A DNA stretch of 63,951 nucleotides, the filler included, from Albugo candida (Eukaryota): assembly GCA_040437565.1 (NCBI GenBank). It is 21 parts of 21 records of this genome, joined end to end, with 100 filler letters (N's around TTAATTAATTAA, not from the genome) between each part and the next. Parts side by side here need not be neighbours in the genome. Positions count along the whole stretch, not along the records: positions 1 to 3,145 come from JBDOQK010000240.1; positions 3,246 to 6,379 come from JBDOQK010000241.1; positions 6,480 to 9,547 come from JBDOQK010000243.1; positions 9,648 to 12,682 come from JBDOQK010000244.1; 17 more parts are not named here. One strand, 5' to 3'. The notes beneath the pieces were generated by a model. It was not told where the DNA came from. It ran no database searches and saw only the letters and a list, made by a program, of their open reading frames with translations. Below are positions 1 to 12,782 of this stretch, piece by piece; position 1 is the first letter of the stretch; each line of letters opens with the position of its first letter. The translations under genes were made by a program, and so were the position numbers.

Positions 1-64
1 ACATTTTAAGTTATATCTCATTATTTTATACGTCTTTATTATTGAAATTGATAAAATACCACAG

Positions 65-2593
65 TTACAACAGATTGCTTTTCCGTGTGGAGGAAAAACT
101 TAGAAATCAAGCTAGCCTTCCTCTCCTTGCTTTTGAATGCCCTGCTTGTCCTAAGGTAAATAATAAAATTTCGATGAGCTTGAATATCATTTATTGATAG
201 AATAATTACTTTAGGTAGGCGCTGACAACTTGGACGAAAACAATATGAGAGCTCCCGGAATGGATGGTTGTTTCAGCTTGAAGTGCAGTCAAGAATTGAA
301 AAATTTTCAACAAGCTGAAGTCGAAGAAGAAAGAGCTCTCTGGGTCAGGGAAGAAAGTGTAAACAGATACACAAAGGACCATGTAGTCCGTCAAGTAATG
401 AATACAACAATTATATACTATATTCTTCTATTCACTAAATTGTTGTATAATAGGACTTGGACAATGAGCACAACCACCGCGCCAGTGGTTCTAGACGCAA
501 TATCAAGGACAAGCGGTTCCCCGTAACAGGCGTCTTTGGATCCGCTTGCACCCGTCATGCTACAATCCATAAAATGATTGACATGAATACGGGTGAAGGG
601 TAATAATAATATTACAGTGTTTATTGACCAGACCAATTACTTGTTATTTACTCACAAAACTTTTTTATTTAGATCAAAGTACCCACTGGCCCTTCTCCAT
701 GAGACGCTTGGTAGTGAATTGCCAGATGCTGCCAAGCCAAAAACCGTCGTTATGTACGATATTGTTTGTTTACTCAAACGTTCTTTGAAGGTAAGAAAAA
801 AAGTATCACATTAGGAAGAATGAACATAATAATATCATCACGTAAATAGAAACACTTTCCTCAGTATATGGGGGAAGAAAGGTTTTCCGGTGAAGATGCC
901 TGGCTCTTGGCGGTTCCTGTATTTCATGCTTTCGCACATGTAATGCATTGTCAGGCCGTTCACAATCCAGCATTCACTGGTGAAATAGGTACCAATGACG
1001 GTGAAGTCATGGAGAGAGTCTGGTCAGACTTCAAGCCATTGATTGGTATGACAAGACATATGTCTAGAGCCAATAGAAGGATGGTTCTTACCAAAGCCAT
1101 CATTTTTTATAACGAGCACAAAAAGAAGAACATGGGTAAATATATGATGGCATTACGTACAAAATATCTCGCGCTTTGACAGTATCGTTTTTGTATTTAT
1201 AGGGAAAAGTTTAGGAAAAAGACATGCAACTGTCACATTGGCGTTGCATGACGCAAAAGATGCTCTCGAAAATGTGGAATATGATGAAGCTTTGTTCGAG
1301 AAAACTTGGACAGAGTTTTTGAAAAAAATGTCTGCTGCCTCTTGTTCTGCTCCTTGGTTTGACATTCCCCAAGACACGAAGGACCAAGTGGCTTTCCACT
1401 TTCTGAATTCCTTTGAAGAATTTTTTGAGTATGTATATGATCGATAAAGATAATGTAGTACACTAAGATCTCCTTTGTTATATTTTTTAGAAAGCATGGA
1501 TTTTCAGAGATGGAGTATGAAGGAAGAACCTTCTTCACCGATGGCGTAAAAGCCATCACCCAAGCCAAAGAAGAAATCCAGAAGAAACTGGAGGAAGAGG
1601 ATCCTGGTTTCGACTTTTCAACAATTCCTTTGGAAGAAGCAATTGAGGATGCTGATGCCCTCACCAAACTCAAGGAGGCCATGTATAAGAATTGTTTGAG
1701 GGTATTGGTAATGCTTTACAAGATGGTATTGAAGAAATTGGACAGAGGAGGGCTTGGTAAAAAAAAATTCGTTTGTGAATATCTTGTTTGCTAAATACTT
1801 TGATTTTTACTAGGCCAGGAACATATACAAAAGACAGGTAAGGCCATGGTCTTGTATAGAGAGAAGATTGATCTCCTTCTCGAAGATTACAACAAACAGT
1901 TGATTCATGATGGTAATTTTTCGATGACATCGTTTCATTTAAAAAAGCAAAGTTGTAACAAATGTGTAAATTATAGGTGAGCGACAATATGAGTTAAAAG
2001 ATATCATCAAAGAGAAAAGTAGATTTTGGGGGAATAGCAATTCCATTCGAGGCATGTCAGACTGGCTGAAGAAAAGAAATGCTGAGAAGGAACTGAAGCT
2101 ATTGAAGGTGAGTCATTCTATATCTTACAAAAGATTGAAATAGTTTTAAAATAGATTTCAAATTTAGTATGACGTTGCCAACCTTCTGCAAAGTGCAAAG
2201 CTTGAAGTCATAATGTATGCAGAAGGTTTGGAAAGGATATCTACTTCTTTGGCGGATGCTGAAGCAATTGGACTTCTTGAAGAATCTAAAATCTTCAAAG
2301 GAATGATGACTATGTTGGAGATGAAGCATAGCAAGGCTGTTGAGTGGAGAATTAACACAATAGATGAGGTGGGTGATTTACTAGACCCTTCTTGCACGAA
2401 CGATCCTCACCTCATTCGTGTTGATATTGTTCACCACGATGATGAAAGCCTTGAGAGTTTCTTAGTCAGAGATGAAGATGATGATCCCGAAGTACCAATT
2501 GTGGAAGTTGATAACTATGGAGAAGAACCTGAAGAGGACGATGAAGATGAAGGTGATGAAGGTGAAGACATAATAGAATATAACGACTATTAA
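65..2593 (+). CDS. KDZ (Kyakuja-Dileera-Zisupton) superfamily transposase, 5'-truncated, 10 visible exons
   Basis: Manual GT-AG splicing of 9 short introns gives one open frame with KDZ-type motifs: FECPACPK, MDGCFSLK, TGVFGSACTRH..DMNTGEG, YDIVC, VPVFHAFAHxxxC, GTNDGEVMERVWS. It ends in an acidic tail with TAA at 2591-2593. Confidence 0.88.
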
Positions 2594-3245
2594 GGTAAGC
2601 CCTTCTTCCTCTTCCTTTCTTTTAATATTAAAAAATAAAATCTTATTTGTAAAATAAATATATTTTTTCTAAATATGGTATCGAATTTAAGTTAAAGTTT
2701 ATTCTTGTGTTTGACAAATAAAAAAATAAAGTTTTTTGTGATATGAAATCATCAACTCCGTAGTTGTTGGATTTTCCAGCCAATGAGGTACTATAGCAAA
2801 TTGCGAGCTTGAGTTATATGTTTTTTCATTATTCAACTAAATACTTCCAGTAAAGTGAGTGTACAAATACAACAGTAAGAAAGAGCATATTTTTTTACAT
2901 ATATAAATGTATAAATAATCTAAAAACTAAATTCAATACTACTTTTAAAAATATTTTTCTTGATTTTTAATAATTAAGCAGTGAAGATTGAAAACACTCT
3001 TTTTTGAGATTGCAAAGGAACTACAAAACCTGGTGCATTGAGAGATATACCATTCGAAAGGAAAAAGTTTTTTTGTATTAAATATTGTGTTAAATTTAAA
3101 AAAGTTTGTAAAAAATGTGTTTTTTGACATGTTAACATAATATTGNNNNNNNNNNNNNNNNNNNNNNNNNNNNNNNNNNNNNNNNNNNNTTAATTAATTA
3201 ANNNNNNNNNNNNNNNNNNNNNNNNNNNNNNNNNNNNNNNNNNNN

Positions 3246-4514
3246 TTAGTGAGGATCTGGGAAATGCCAGCGAGGCATGGTGACGTACATAATGCGTACG
3301 TGAAGGCACCAGCAGAAAAAAAAACCTAGACCTGTACTTTCACGTGACTCAAGGAAGGTGGAAATTTCGATTTTGAAGATGGATGAACTCGGTGTTACGA
3401 ATCGTGTCCAAGCGGTACTGCGATTACATAGAGTCTATATGGGCTGCAATAAGGAGGAAGGCTATTGATTCACCTGTTGCATGAGAAGCTAAGCGATGCA
3501 GATTTCAAACAAAGTCTAACAGACTCATGTTTATATTTCGACCAAGACACAAATCGAATTACGGGTTTCGGGGTATATGTCGACGATATACTGATAACGG
3601 GGAAAAGTTGTTCGAGAATCGAGTTGATATTTGATAGTCTTTCAAGGCTTTCAATCAAGAATCTCGAACCCGTCAGCAAGTTCTACATGGGAATTAATAA
3701 CGAAAATGGGTCTCTATGAAGTGCATACGGTCCTCACGCCTATCGGTCAAAACTACAGCGATAGCACAACACCGAAATCGGACTGCTTGAGGATGCTTGT
3801 AGTCAAGAAGCCAACTATCAAGAAGTTTCAGTCTTTGGCGGGCAGCCATTTATGGGTTGCGCGTTGCACTCGTCCAGACATCAGCACAAGCTGACGAAAC
3901 GAAGTCATGCACCAACAACAGCCGATTGGACGTTGATTGTCAGATTGCTGAAGTATCTCAAGGGTACGAAAAGTCTAAAGGTCTATTTGGGTGGTGAAGT
4001 ATGCCCCAATCCCAGAAAAGTCACTCTAGAATTGTTCTCAGATGCTGATTATGCGGCGGATTCTGAAATGAGAAGGAGCGTATCTGATGCAGTATTTATT
4101 TTGAAACGAATGGCGATCAGCTGGTCATGCAAAAAGCAGCATTCAGTGGCATTATCGACGATGGAAGCGGAGTTCGTAGCAGAATCGAAGGCATCGCAGG
4201 AATTACTTTGAGCAAGGAATTATTCAAAGGGTTGCAAGTCAAAGTGAAGGAGCCAATGATCTTGTGGATGAATAACCAGGCGGTTATCAGTCAGTTTTTC
4301 AACGAAGCTACTTCAGTCAAGGCTAAGCATATCGACGTCCGACTATAATTCGTCAGAGCTAACATGGCCAACCAAAATATCGCACCGAGGTACGTGCATA
4401 GTTCGAAAATGATGGCCGACTTGCAGAAAAAGGTGTTTCCGACACCGAGATTTCTTCAGCCAAGAGAGTTATGTTCAAGATGAAAAAATCAAAGTGCAAC
4501 CAGAAAGGAAGGAG
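3246..4514 (+). mobile_element. Degenerate Ty1/Copia pol (RT-RNase H) with polypurine tract
   Basis: Fragments RHGDVHNAYVKA, GVYVDDILI, FQSLAGSHLWVARCTRPDI, FSDADYA, ALSTMEAEFVA and KAKHIDVR are spread over several frames. PPT AGAAAGGAAGGAG at 4502-4514. Confidence 0.92.
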
Positions 4515-4664
4515 TGTTGAAAGACTTAAGAATATGCCTTAGGTTTCTCGTCGCACTTGGTACTTAGTGTAAACGACTGGTTAGGATTTTAATTTTCTAA
4601 AATAACACCACAGTTTTTGACAATTTTCTCTATTAACGCAAACGTCTTCGCTCACCTGCCAACA
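4515..4664 (+). repeat. Putative 150-bp 3' LTR of the Copia element
   Basis: Begins TGTTG directly after the PPT. The matching inverted end CAACA is at 4660-4664. No second LTR is available for confirmation. Confidence 0.6.
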
Positions 4665-5949
4665 CATCTATCCAAATGCTTCACATCGATCGTGCATATG
4701 TATTCCAAGCATTTAGAAGAAAAGGGATTTTTAAGAGTCACAAGCAATACATTTCAACACTTGTACTGCTGGCTAAGTTTCTTTCTCAAACAATTGAATA
4801 CAAGATCTGAAGGGTATCGTCAATTGAAGCAAGTATGACTGGGACGGTGCGTAATTCAAGCTGCTCGTAGCACACATAGAGAATTTTGGTGCATTCTGTT
4901 GTATCCCGAACATGTTCTTTCCGCAAATAAAGAAGGATCTTGCAGTCTGGATATATTATGTTCATACACAATCTGAATATGTATCTTTTTTTACTCGCCA
5001 ATGAGCTTATAATCGCGAACGTAGTATATAAAATATGGTACAAGACGGGGACCCCCATCCAACGAGGTTGGGTCGTCTTCTCTGGATTGTCCAGCATTGC
5101 ACAGCTGGAGGCAGTCGGTGAATGTGTCCCTTAGCAATGCAGATCAAACAATTCTGTTTTTTGCTGAGCATGATCAATGCGCGCTTCATTCCAGATCTTC
5201 TTCATTCAAGTAATTACTGAAAATGAAGTCGCACTTTATTCATATCTTCCAAAAAAAAGCCTCTTTCAAAACGAGTGAAGACTATATGTATGTCGCGGTA
5301 CCAAATCCATAGAGGGAGCAGATTGACCCTGGCGCCAAATGACCACTCTGACAGCCATAAATACCACATTCAAGACCAAATGAGAGACGGTGAGGAATGG
5401 GACGAAGAGAATTCTCCTGCTTGTTGATATAATGTGTCCGGAAACGCAATATGCTCACTGAAGCACGTGTAGTGGAATATTGGGTTTCGTAAAGATGCCA
5501 ACGGTATATTCAAGTGTGTTGTTGGGAGTATCATTGATAGGATTCGAAGTAATAGTTCTTCTGATAGAGCTACTCGAGCATCATTTCAGCAACGATGTTG
5601 ATCTTGTCTAGACCTACATCAATGTTACCATGTGCCTTTCAACGACATTAGTCATGAGAGGGCACTGCTTATGCATCATTGATATAGTGACCCGCGTGAG
5701 CTATTCCCTTCTGAGACATCGATAATCATGTAGACGCAAGCTGGTATTTTGTGTCGAGTTATAGTCACGTTTCCGAGGTTCTAAGTCTTTGCGAATAATG
5801 CATCAGACTATCCGTCAGGTTTGTCAAAAGTAGTATAAAATCGCGATGATACCGTCGATCAATGTGTGCCAGTCAATAGGAACATTTCCATTCAATTCTT
5901 CTTTGGTCATTATTATTGCAAACTTACGTCCTGTCTGTATGTTTTTTAA

Positions 5950-6379
5950 AATCATTGCATTGATCACCTATTCCTTGCTTAAAAGTAATAAAACACCGTT
6001 CATGAAGTCGCATTCACTCCTAATTTTTTACTTGCATTCCCCTATGTTACGAGTTCCAAGCTTGAAAAAGGTTTTTACTGAGAAAAGTGTACGATTAATT
6101 CATTCTATAAGCCGGAAAAAGGATTTCCGCTCGGAATAGATGCTTTGTACCGATTTCTTTGTTTCGTCACTACAATGTTGTAAAATGATGAGCGACCACT
6201 CAACTCTTTCATTCCAATTTCAAGAGAAGGTATTGGTCTCCTCGCACGTGAAAAAGGCTTATGCCTCATTGTATCACCTATAGACGCACAAGATTGGCCA
6301 CATTGAAAGACTTACAATATACTGAGGAAAGGTTTGACAACTCATGATGCAAGTAGAACCGATCGACACGTCCTTTGGA
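5950..6379 (+). repeat. 430-bp sequence duplicated at 40235-40664 (contig end/start overlap)
   Basis: AATCATTGCATTGATCACC...CACGTCCTTTGGA reads the same at both places, at a constant offset of 34285. Confidence 0.95.
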
Positions 6380-6479
6380 NNNNNNNNNNNNNNNNNNNNN
6401 NNNNNNNNNNNNNNNNNNNNNNNTTAATTAATTAANNNNNNNNNNNNNNNNNNNNNNNNNNNNNNNNNNNNNNNNNNNN

Positions 6480-9156
6480 GAGTTGAAGGGTGCTGCCAGT
6501 TATTATCCTTGTCGTTTTTGTGTTGCTTTGGGAACTCACAAAAAAGAACACATGTGTAAAACAACGTAAGTTCATAAATCATAATATTATGTTTACATTT
6601 TTTAATTTTACCTGATAATTTAGATATGAACAAAGAAGAAAAGATTTTCCTGTCCCCACTTTGTAAGTTTACTTATTGATTAAAACGAATTGCTTTCAAG
6701 TTTTTATACTTAAATAAATTTCAAAATAGGAACCTTGCTCCAGCAACAAATAACAGAAAAAGAAAATTAAAGTGAGTACATACCAATCTGGGTTTATTTA
6801 TTAATTTTGTTACTGACCATAACTGATTTTAGTAGTAGTAGCAACTTAGTTGATTCTCACACCGGTCCTGAAGAAGCTGAGAAAAACTCTAGCAGTGGTA
6901 TATACCTTTTGACAGCAAGTGATATATTTCCTGAAAGAGATTATAAAATCTGCAAAAAACCAAAAAAGTTTTATAAAGATAACTTAAAAAAAATAGAAAA
7001 AGAAAAAACCCAAAAACATTTACATGACGAGGTAAGATAACACAAAACAATGATCATTGTCTATTTTTACTAATCATCACGTTTTTCTTACAGGCTAAAG
7101 GTGTCAAGGGAAGATTTGCTTTTGCTGACCTGACTACCTTTCAGTCAATGACTCAAAGTGGCTTAGACGACCTTCATTTTATTGTAAGTAAACATATAAA
7201 CAAATTAATTTATAATAATATATTCTTATATCGCAACTTTTATAATAGAACCGTGGCGTCGCTCTTATTATTTATGCTGCAGTCACTTCCAACAAATACC
7301 ACAATAAAAATTTAAAAAGCGACAAATTTGATTTAGATCGTATCCAGATCGGTGTTACGCTTCACCACCACATATATCCTTTTACCATGAAGCTTTCCAA
7401 CAAGAACGAAGACGTAAAAAACTTTATAAACAAAGAAATCAAAGAATCTCAATCAAAGATCCCTCCCTATATGGCCGGTACTTATAGCGAAATCACTTCA
7501 AAAACTCGTGCATGTGATTGGGAAGATGTTTTTTTTAGAATAATACCATCAAGTGTCACTCCTTTGCTTGTTTGCCCCGATGCAAGATTTGCAATTAATT
7601 CTCTGGTACTTGCATGTTCTATTGCTATGCAATGGTATATTACTGAAGATCAACTGGAATTGATGGACAGGTCAGTGTTTGTAAAAATTAACTATTGAAT
7701 TTTATTTTATTTACCCATCGTCACTTTTTTAGGTCATTTAACAAGTACCTTAATTTTCTGATGGACTGTGTAAACCATGATACACTTGATCCTAGTATCA
7801 TGACTTTAACAAACCATTATTGTTTGCATGTTAGAAAAGTTGTCCGGGACTGTGGTCCTTTAAGAATCATTAGCGCCAGGTGTTTAGAGGTAATTTTTCT
7901 ATTTGTTTTCGTATTTAAAATAATAACAAACTAATATTTTTTTTAATAGCGACAGATCCAAGTTGCAAAAAAACTTATTGTGAGTAGGTCAAATCCAGGA
8001 ATTAATTCCCAAAATGCTTGTGTGGCTATGGTTAAAGCAAATGTTCTGAAGAGGATTTTCCCTAATTGGGATGTGCTTACAGAATCTAAAGTAAGTAAGA
8101 GAAATCTTGCTCTTGAGATTAAGGAAGTTACAACACCTTTTGTAAGCATGCCACTGAACTTCAACATTCATGTCGGCAATCCTTCTAGTGATGATATGCA
8201 ATTTGGCCGTAGACGCTTTAAAGTGTTATTTAGTTCTGGTTTTCTGTTGTCCAATTATGATCCTGTAAATTACAGATACACTCAACACTTTATGAATATT
8301 AAAAGCAAAAGCAAAAGAGAAGCAATTAATGATATATTTAGTCCAGTTTTAGAACATCTATTTATTGTTGAATTATTGAACAAATACCTAGACACCATCA
8401 AAGAAAAAACTATAACTGTAGCTCCTTCTCGCATATTATTATTCAAACAAATTGACCTCATCGTTACTTACTGCATTCCTACCACCTCTCAGCAATTTAT
8501 ATTGTCTGATGTTCACAAATTATTCACTATACAAAGCAAATTCAGCGCTGTAAAAGAAAAAATTATCATAGAAAAAGTAGGAGATATTCAAAAAAACAAA
8601 AAAAAATATATTTATCAACAAAACGACAGCACTGAAAATAGCAGATATATTATTTACAAAAAAAAGCTGTAAGTGTTTTTGCTTGATAATTTAAACTATA
8701 TTATATTAATATTTTTTATTTACATAACATAGACTATCTCCTCACAATACAACTGTTCTTTCTGTTGGTGAAATAATCTCCTTCCTCTATCCCTTAAATG
8801 TTGCTAAATACGTTTCTGGTAAACTTCCTCTTTTTGCGCTTGTCTCTCCCTTTAAATATACAACAAATGAGTATCTTGACACATATCCTAAGGTGCATGG
8901 CTTCAACAGCCGTAAAGAACTTGAACTGGTCCCTGTTGTAGACATCTTACATTTAGTAGGTTTGCAACATACCTTCCGTGAAGCGTTGTCTAGTTATGGT
9001 GCTCACAACACTATTAACGATGGCTCGCTCTTACATCAATATAACATCTTTTGGCCTAGAAGCTCTTTAGGTAACACCTTACAACTCCCTTTCCGCCCTC
9101 ACCCCGACGATGCTCCCATCAAGCCCATACCTACTAAAAATCAAGGTGATTTATAA
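6480..9156 (+). CDS. CACTA/EnSpm-like (Tnp2-type) transposase, 3' part, multi-exon
   Basis: Exons encode YYPCRFC, GLDDLHF, RACDWEDVFFRIIP and HYCLHVRKVVRDCGPLRIISARCLE (the H..H....GP......E motif). Short AT-rich introns; stop at 9154-9156. Confidence 0.75.
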
Positions 9157-9699
9157 TCTATAGAATAAACCCTTTTTTTGTTACTTTTTTTGCAAGTGTG
9201 AAACGAGATACAGGCTTTATTTTAGGAATAGCTGCAATCGACGTTTAGTTTTAGGCAATTTTATTTTATTTCGTGAAACAACAACAGATTTTTTTTTATT
9301 TTGTACTACTTTGGGGGGTGGAGTGCGATATTTTCTTTATTTTGTGTGTACGTTTCGTCTTTTTGCAAAAATTGACTTTCAAATCATTGAAAAATAAGGT
9401 TTTGCCCTTTGTTGAGTTCTAATACTTGGAATTTTTTATTATTTATGAGCGAAACTTATTACACCCTTCAAATTAATGAGTTTTGTAAAATAATGAGTAA
9501 ATATCGGGGCTTTCAAACGTTGTGATGCTTTTCGACTTTAAGAAAGANNNNNNNNNNNNNNNNNNNNNNNNNNNNNNNNNNNNNNNNNNNNTTAATTAAT
9601 TAANNNNNNNNNNNNNNNNNNNNNNNNNNNNNNNNNNNNNNNNNNNNCACTGCAGATAATTTGATATAGGATACGTGCAGGGAACGTATACTAAATTAT

Positions 9700-9951
9700 T
9701 AATAAACTACAGTAAACTGCATGTGTCGGAAATTTCATACAGCCTTTATTTGTAGGGAATTGGTAGGACACATAGCGTGACTATATATCGGAAACATGTA
9801 GGACACACCATATGCACATCAATTCCCGATATATATTCACGCTATGTTCCCTACAATTCCCTACATATAGCCACGCTATGTGTCCTACCAATTCCCTACA
9901 AATAAAGGCTGTATCCAATTTCCGACACATGCGGTTTACTATAGTTTATTA
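9700..9951. repeat. About 87-bp inverted repeat (arms 9700-9786 and 9865-9951)
   Basis: TAATAAACTACAGTAAACTGCATGTGTCGGAAAT...GGTAGGACACATAGCGTG is mirrored with only a few mismatches. Confidence 0.9.
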
Positions 9952-11889
9952 GCTGTGTACTATAGAAAAACGCATGCAGGACACGTCGATTCAACAATAA
10001 CTATTGGTCAATTGATTGAAACATGTATACAACAATTGGTTCATTTTATTCAATACTCTTATATCATTTGTTAAGAAAATGTAGTTTTCATGGGATTAAA
10101 ACGGTTTTTATTGGTTTATATTATATATAATAAAATACACTTTACAGGGTAATAAACTACACTATATTAGATAGCTACTGCGTACTGATCACTATACCAT
10201 ACAGCGCTTGAATCGTGCTTACCTTTACATGAATAAACATTGATAAACCTAATTCTTCTTCAACCATCTAATCCTGCTATAAACTATCTTTATATTAAAT
10301 TATTCGTTGATATAGTTATTATCTAAAAAGACATGTTAATAAAAAGAAAAAGAAGTTTACATTGGTTTACTTCATACCTTATTCTTAGCTAGAATATCCT
10401 CCAAAGCAGATGCTACAAGCCTATAATTATATGTTAGTTCTTTTATAATTATAGCTATACGTATTATCTAAAATACCTTTTCAAGTTATTAAAAAATATT
10501 GTTCACTTTTCTTGTTTAACAACCCTAGTAGAAATCTAAAAAAAAAAAAAAAAAAGAGGTTAACATCTGTTCACAATGCTAATGTATAAACTTAATTACG
10601 TTGTTGTTTGAACAGCTAACACCTTGTACTTTTTACTATTCAGCTATAGAAACATAGTACACTTCTTCAACTTTTGTTTAAAGTCTAAAAAAAAAGAAAA
10701 AAGAAGCTTTCTGTTAGTTTAATTGTGAATAATTACATGTAATCATTTCTTTTTTTTATTACCCAAAAGCAAATGAGGGCGAATTAGCTTTTGCAACTAA
10801 AAGAATATTGTAATTAGGCTCCATCTATGGTAAAAAAGGCAAACGATGTTGAGTAATGTTGGTAGATTAAAGTAAAAGAAAGAAAAGTACCGAGGGAAAA
10901 ATAAAAAAGAATTACAAGGCTTTATTTATTTCTTCGGGCATTATTATGCAGCACCAAATAAACAGTCTCCCAATTTCTGTAACTGAGTATCTCATTTTAT
11001 TTTATTTTTTGTAAAGATCATACCATGCATAATAGTGATTGTCACAGAAAATAGACAACAATCATTACTAATGCAATTAAATAAAAATATTGTGAAGGTA
11101 TAGAAAAAGGTAAAGGTTTTTTTATTGATGTGTAAACTTCTTTGTACGTGTTTTTTTTATTTTTATATTAACATGCATTGCTTGATTTAACATCTTTTTT
11201 TCTTTCTCTTTCAATCTAAATCTTTACCTCACTAAAAATTAAACTGAGTATTTTTTACATCTCTCTTAAAATACAGTATCCAACTGCATTATTGCGACAT
11301 ATTCTCAATAACTGCAAAATAAAAGATGTAGTTGAAATGACAATGTGTAATGGAGTGAAAAAGAATTTATACCTACTTAACCTTATAAACGAAAAAAGAC
11401 TCTATTGACATGTCAATTTTATGTTTAATATTTTATTTTTGGATGTCATTTATATTATGAAAAGTTAAGGGATATAATTTTACAAAAGGGTAAAGAAACA
11501 ATAATCAATTAAAAAAGTTTGATTGTAAAAGGAATAAAGAAGAATGATGATCAAACAAAAAGGTTTATTGTCAAAGAAGCAAACTTCTTTAATAAAACTA
11601 GTTTACTTTCTTAATAAAACACTGACATATACAATATATAGTGTAATTTCTCTTACCTTTTACAGTGAATAACATGCTACGTCTACTTTATTCTATTCCT
11701 TTCGTTGTCTTTTTAACATTATAATATTACGAATTACACATCATCCACTTTTAAAAAATTCGTTGAGAACCTAATTACGTTTTGAAAATGAATGAGTAAA
11801 CCGTATCCTTCTTAATTACTTTATAAAGTAAACACAGCGCAGTTTACTTTACTTTTTGAAAAAAACGATGAGAGTGGTGGTTGCATTCC

Positions 11890-11988
11890 GATCGTTTTTT
11901 CTGAAAAATCGATGTGAATTATACCTGAATTCAGATCGCTTTTTTGAAAAAATCGATGTGAATTCAATCTGAATTCAGATCACTTTTT
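11890..11988 (+). repeat. 44-bp tandem duplication
   Basis: GATCG...AAAAATCGATGTGAATT...CTGAATTCA occurs twice, with GATC starts at 11890, 11934 and 11978. Confidence 0.8.
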
Positions 11989-12782
11989 AGAAACATAACA
12001 AAAACGAGTGCGGTAGAGGTATAAGACGCGTTATTTTGTTGTTAATGATGCTGTTAACCTACAATGTCATTCCATGTTATGATTAATTTTCTTTTTACTA
12101 GATCAACATGCAAAATCGTGACTCCCTAGTTTGAAATAAATTTTAAAACTTAAAATCTACACATATTTAGTCATAAACGAATACAAAACGTAAATGATCA
12201 ACACTACCTTTACTCTAATAAATACATTATAAAAGAAAAAAGAAAAGGGAAAAAGGTTACAGCTGAGAAAATCAATTTTTAGGTGTAAGAATATTGGCGC
12301 ACCCCTTAAATTTTTCCCTGTGTAAATATTTTTAATTTAAATTTTTCTAAGTCTTTAATGTTCATTTTTCAAATTAAAATATATCGTTCAATATTTCTTT
12401 TTGAGAAAGACGGCAAGCAAAGAAATTGTTCTTTATTTGCTTCTACATCTCTTGGTGTAATTTGAGCCTTCTACTGTAACTTGTAATTTTTCTATATAAA
12501 AAAAGTGTAGGACACGCCATGTGTCCATTAATGTACCCTGCACTAGAAACTGAATTATCTGCAGTGCACTAATTTTTGGGGTAAGGCAATATAAACATAA
12601 CGAACTGTCAAAGTATTGTCGGGCTCGACAGTGCTATATGCACTGAAGAAGATATGGAGGTTAGCAATAACTGGAATAAGAANNNNNNNNNNNNNNNNNN
12701 NNNNNNNNNNNNNNNNNNNNNNNNNNTTAATTAATTAANNNNNNNNNNNNNNNNNNNNNNNNNNNNNNNNNNNNNNNNNNNN

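Larger units (their letters stand above)
9648..12566. mobile_element. Non-autonomous CACTA-superfamily element with 14-bp CACTG TIRs
   Basis: CACTGCAGATAATT at 9648-9661 and its exact reverse complement AATTATCTGCAGTG at 12553-12566. GTGCAGGG and GTAGGACAC subterminal motifs occur at both ends. No long ORF inside. Confidence 0.8.

Noticed and set aside
3190..3201. TTAATTAATTAA as a biological repeat, PacI site or piggyBac target
   Set aside because: It is always centred in 88 Ns, so it is an assembly linker.
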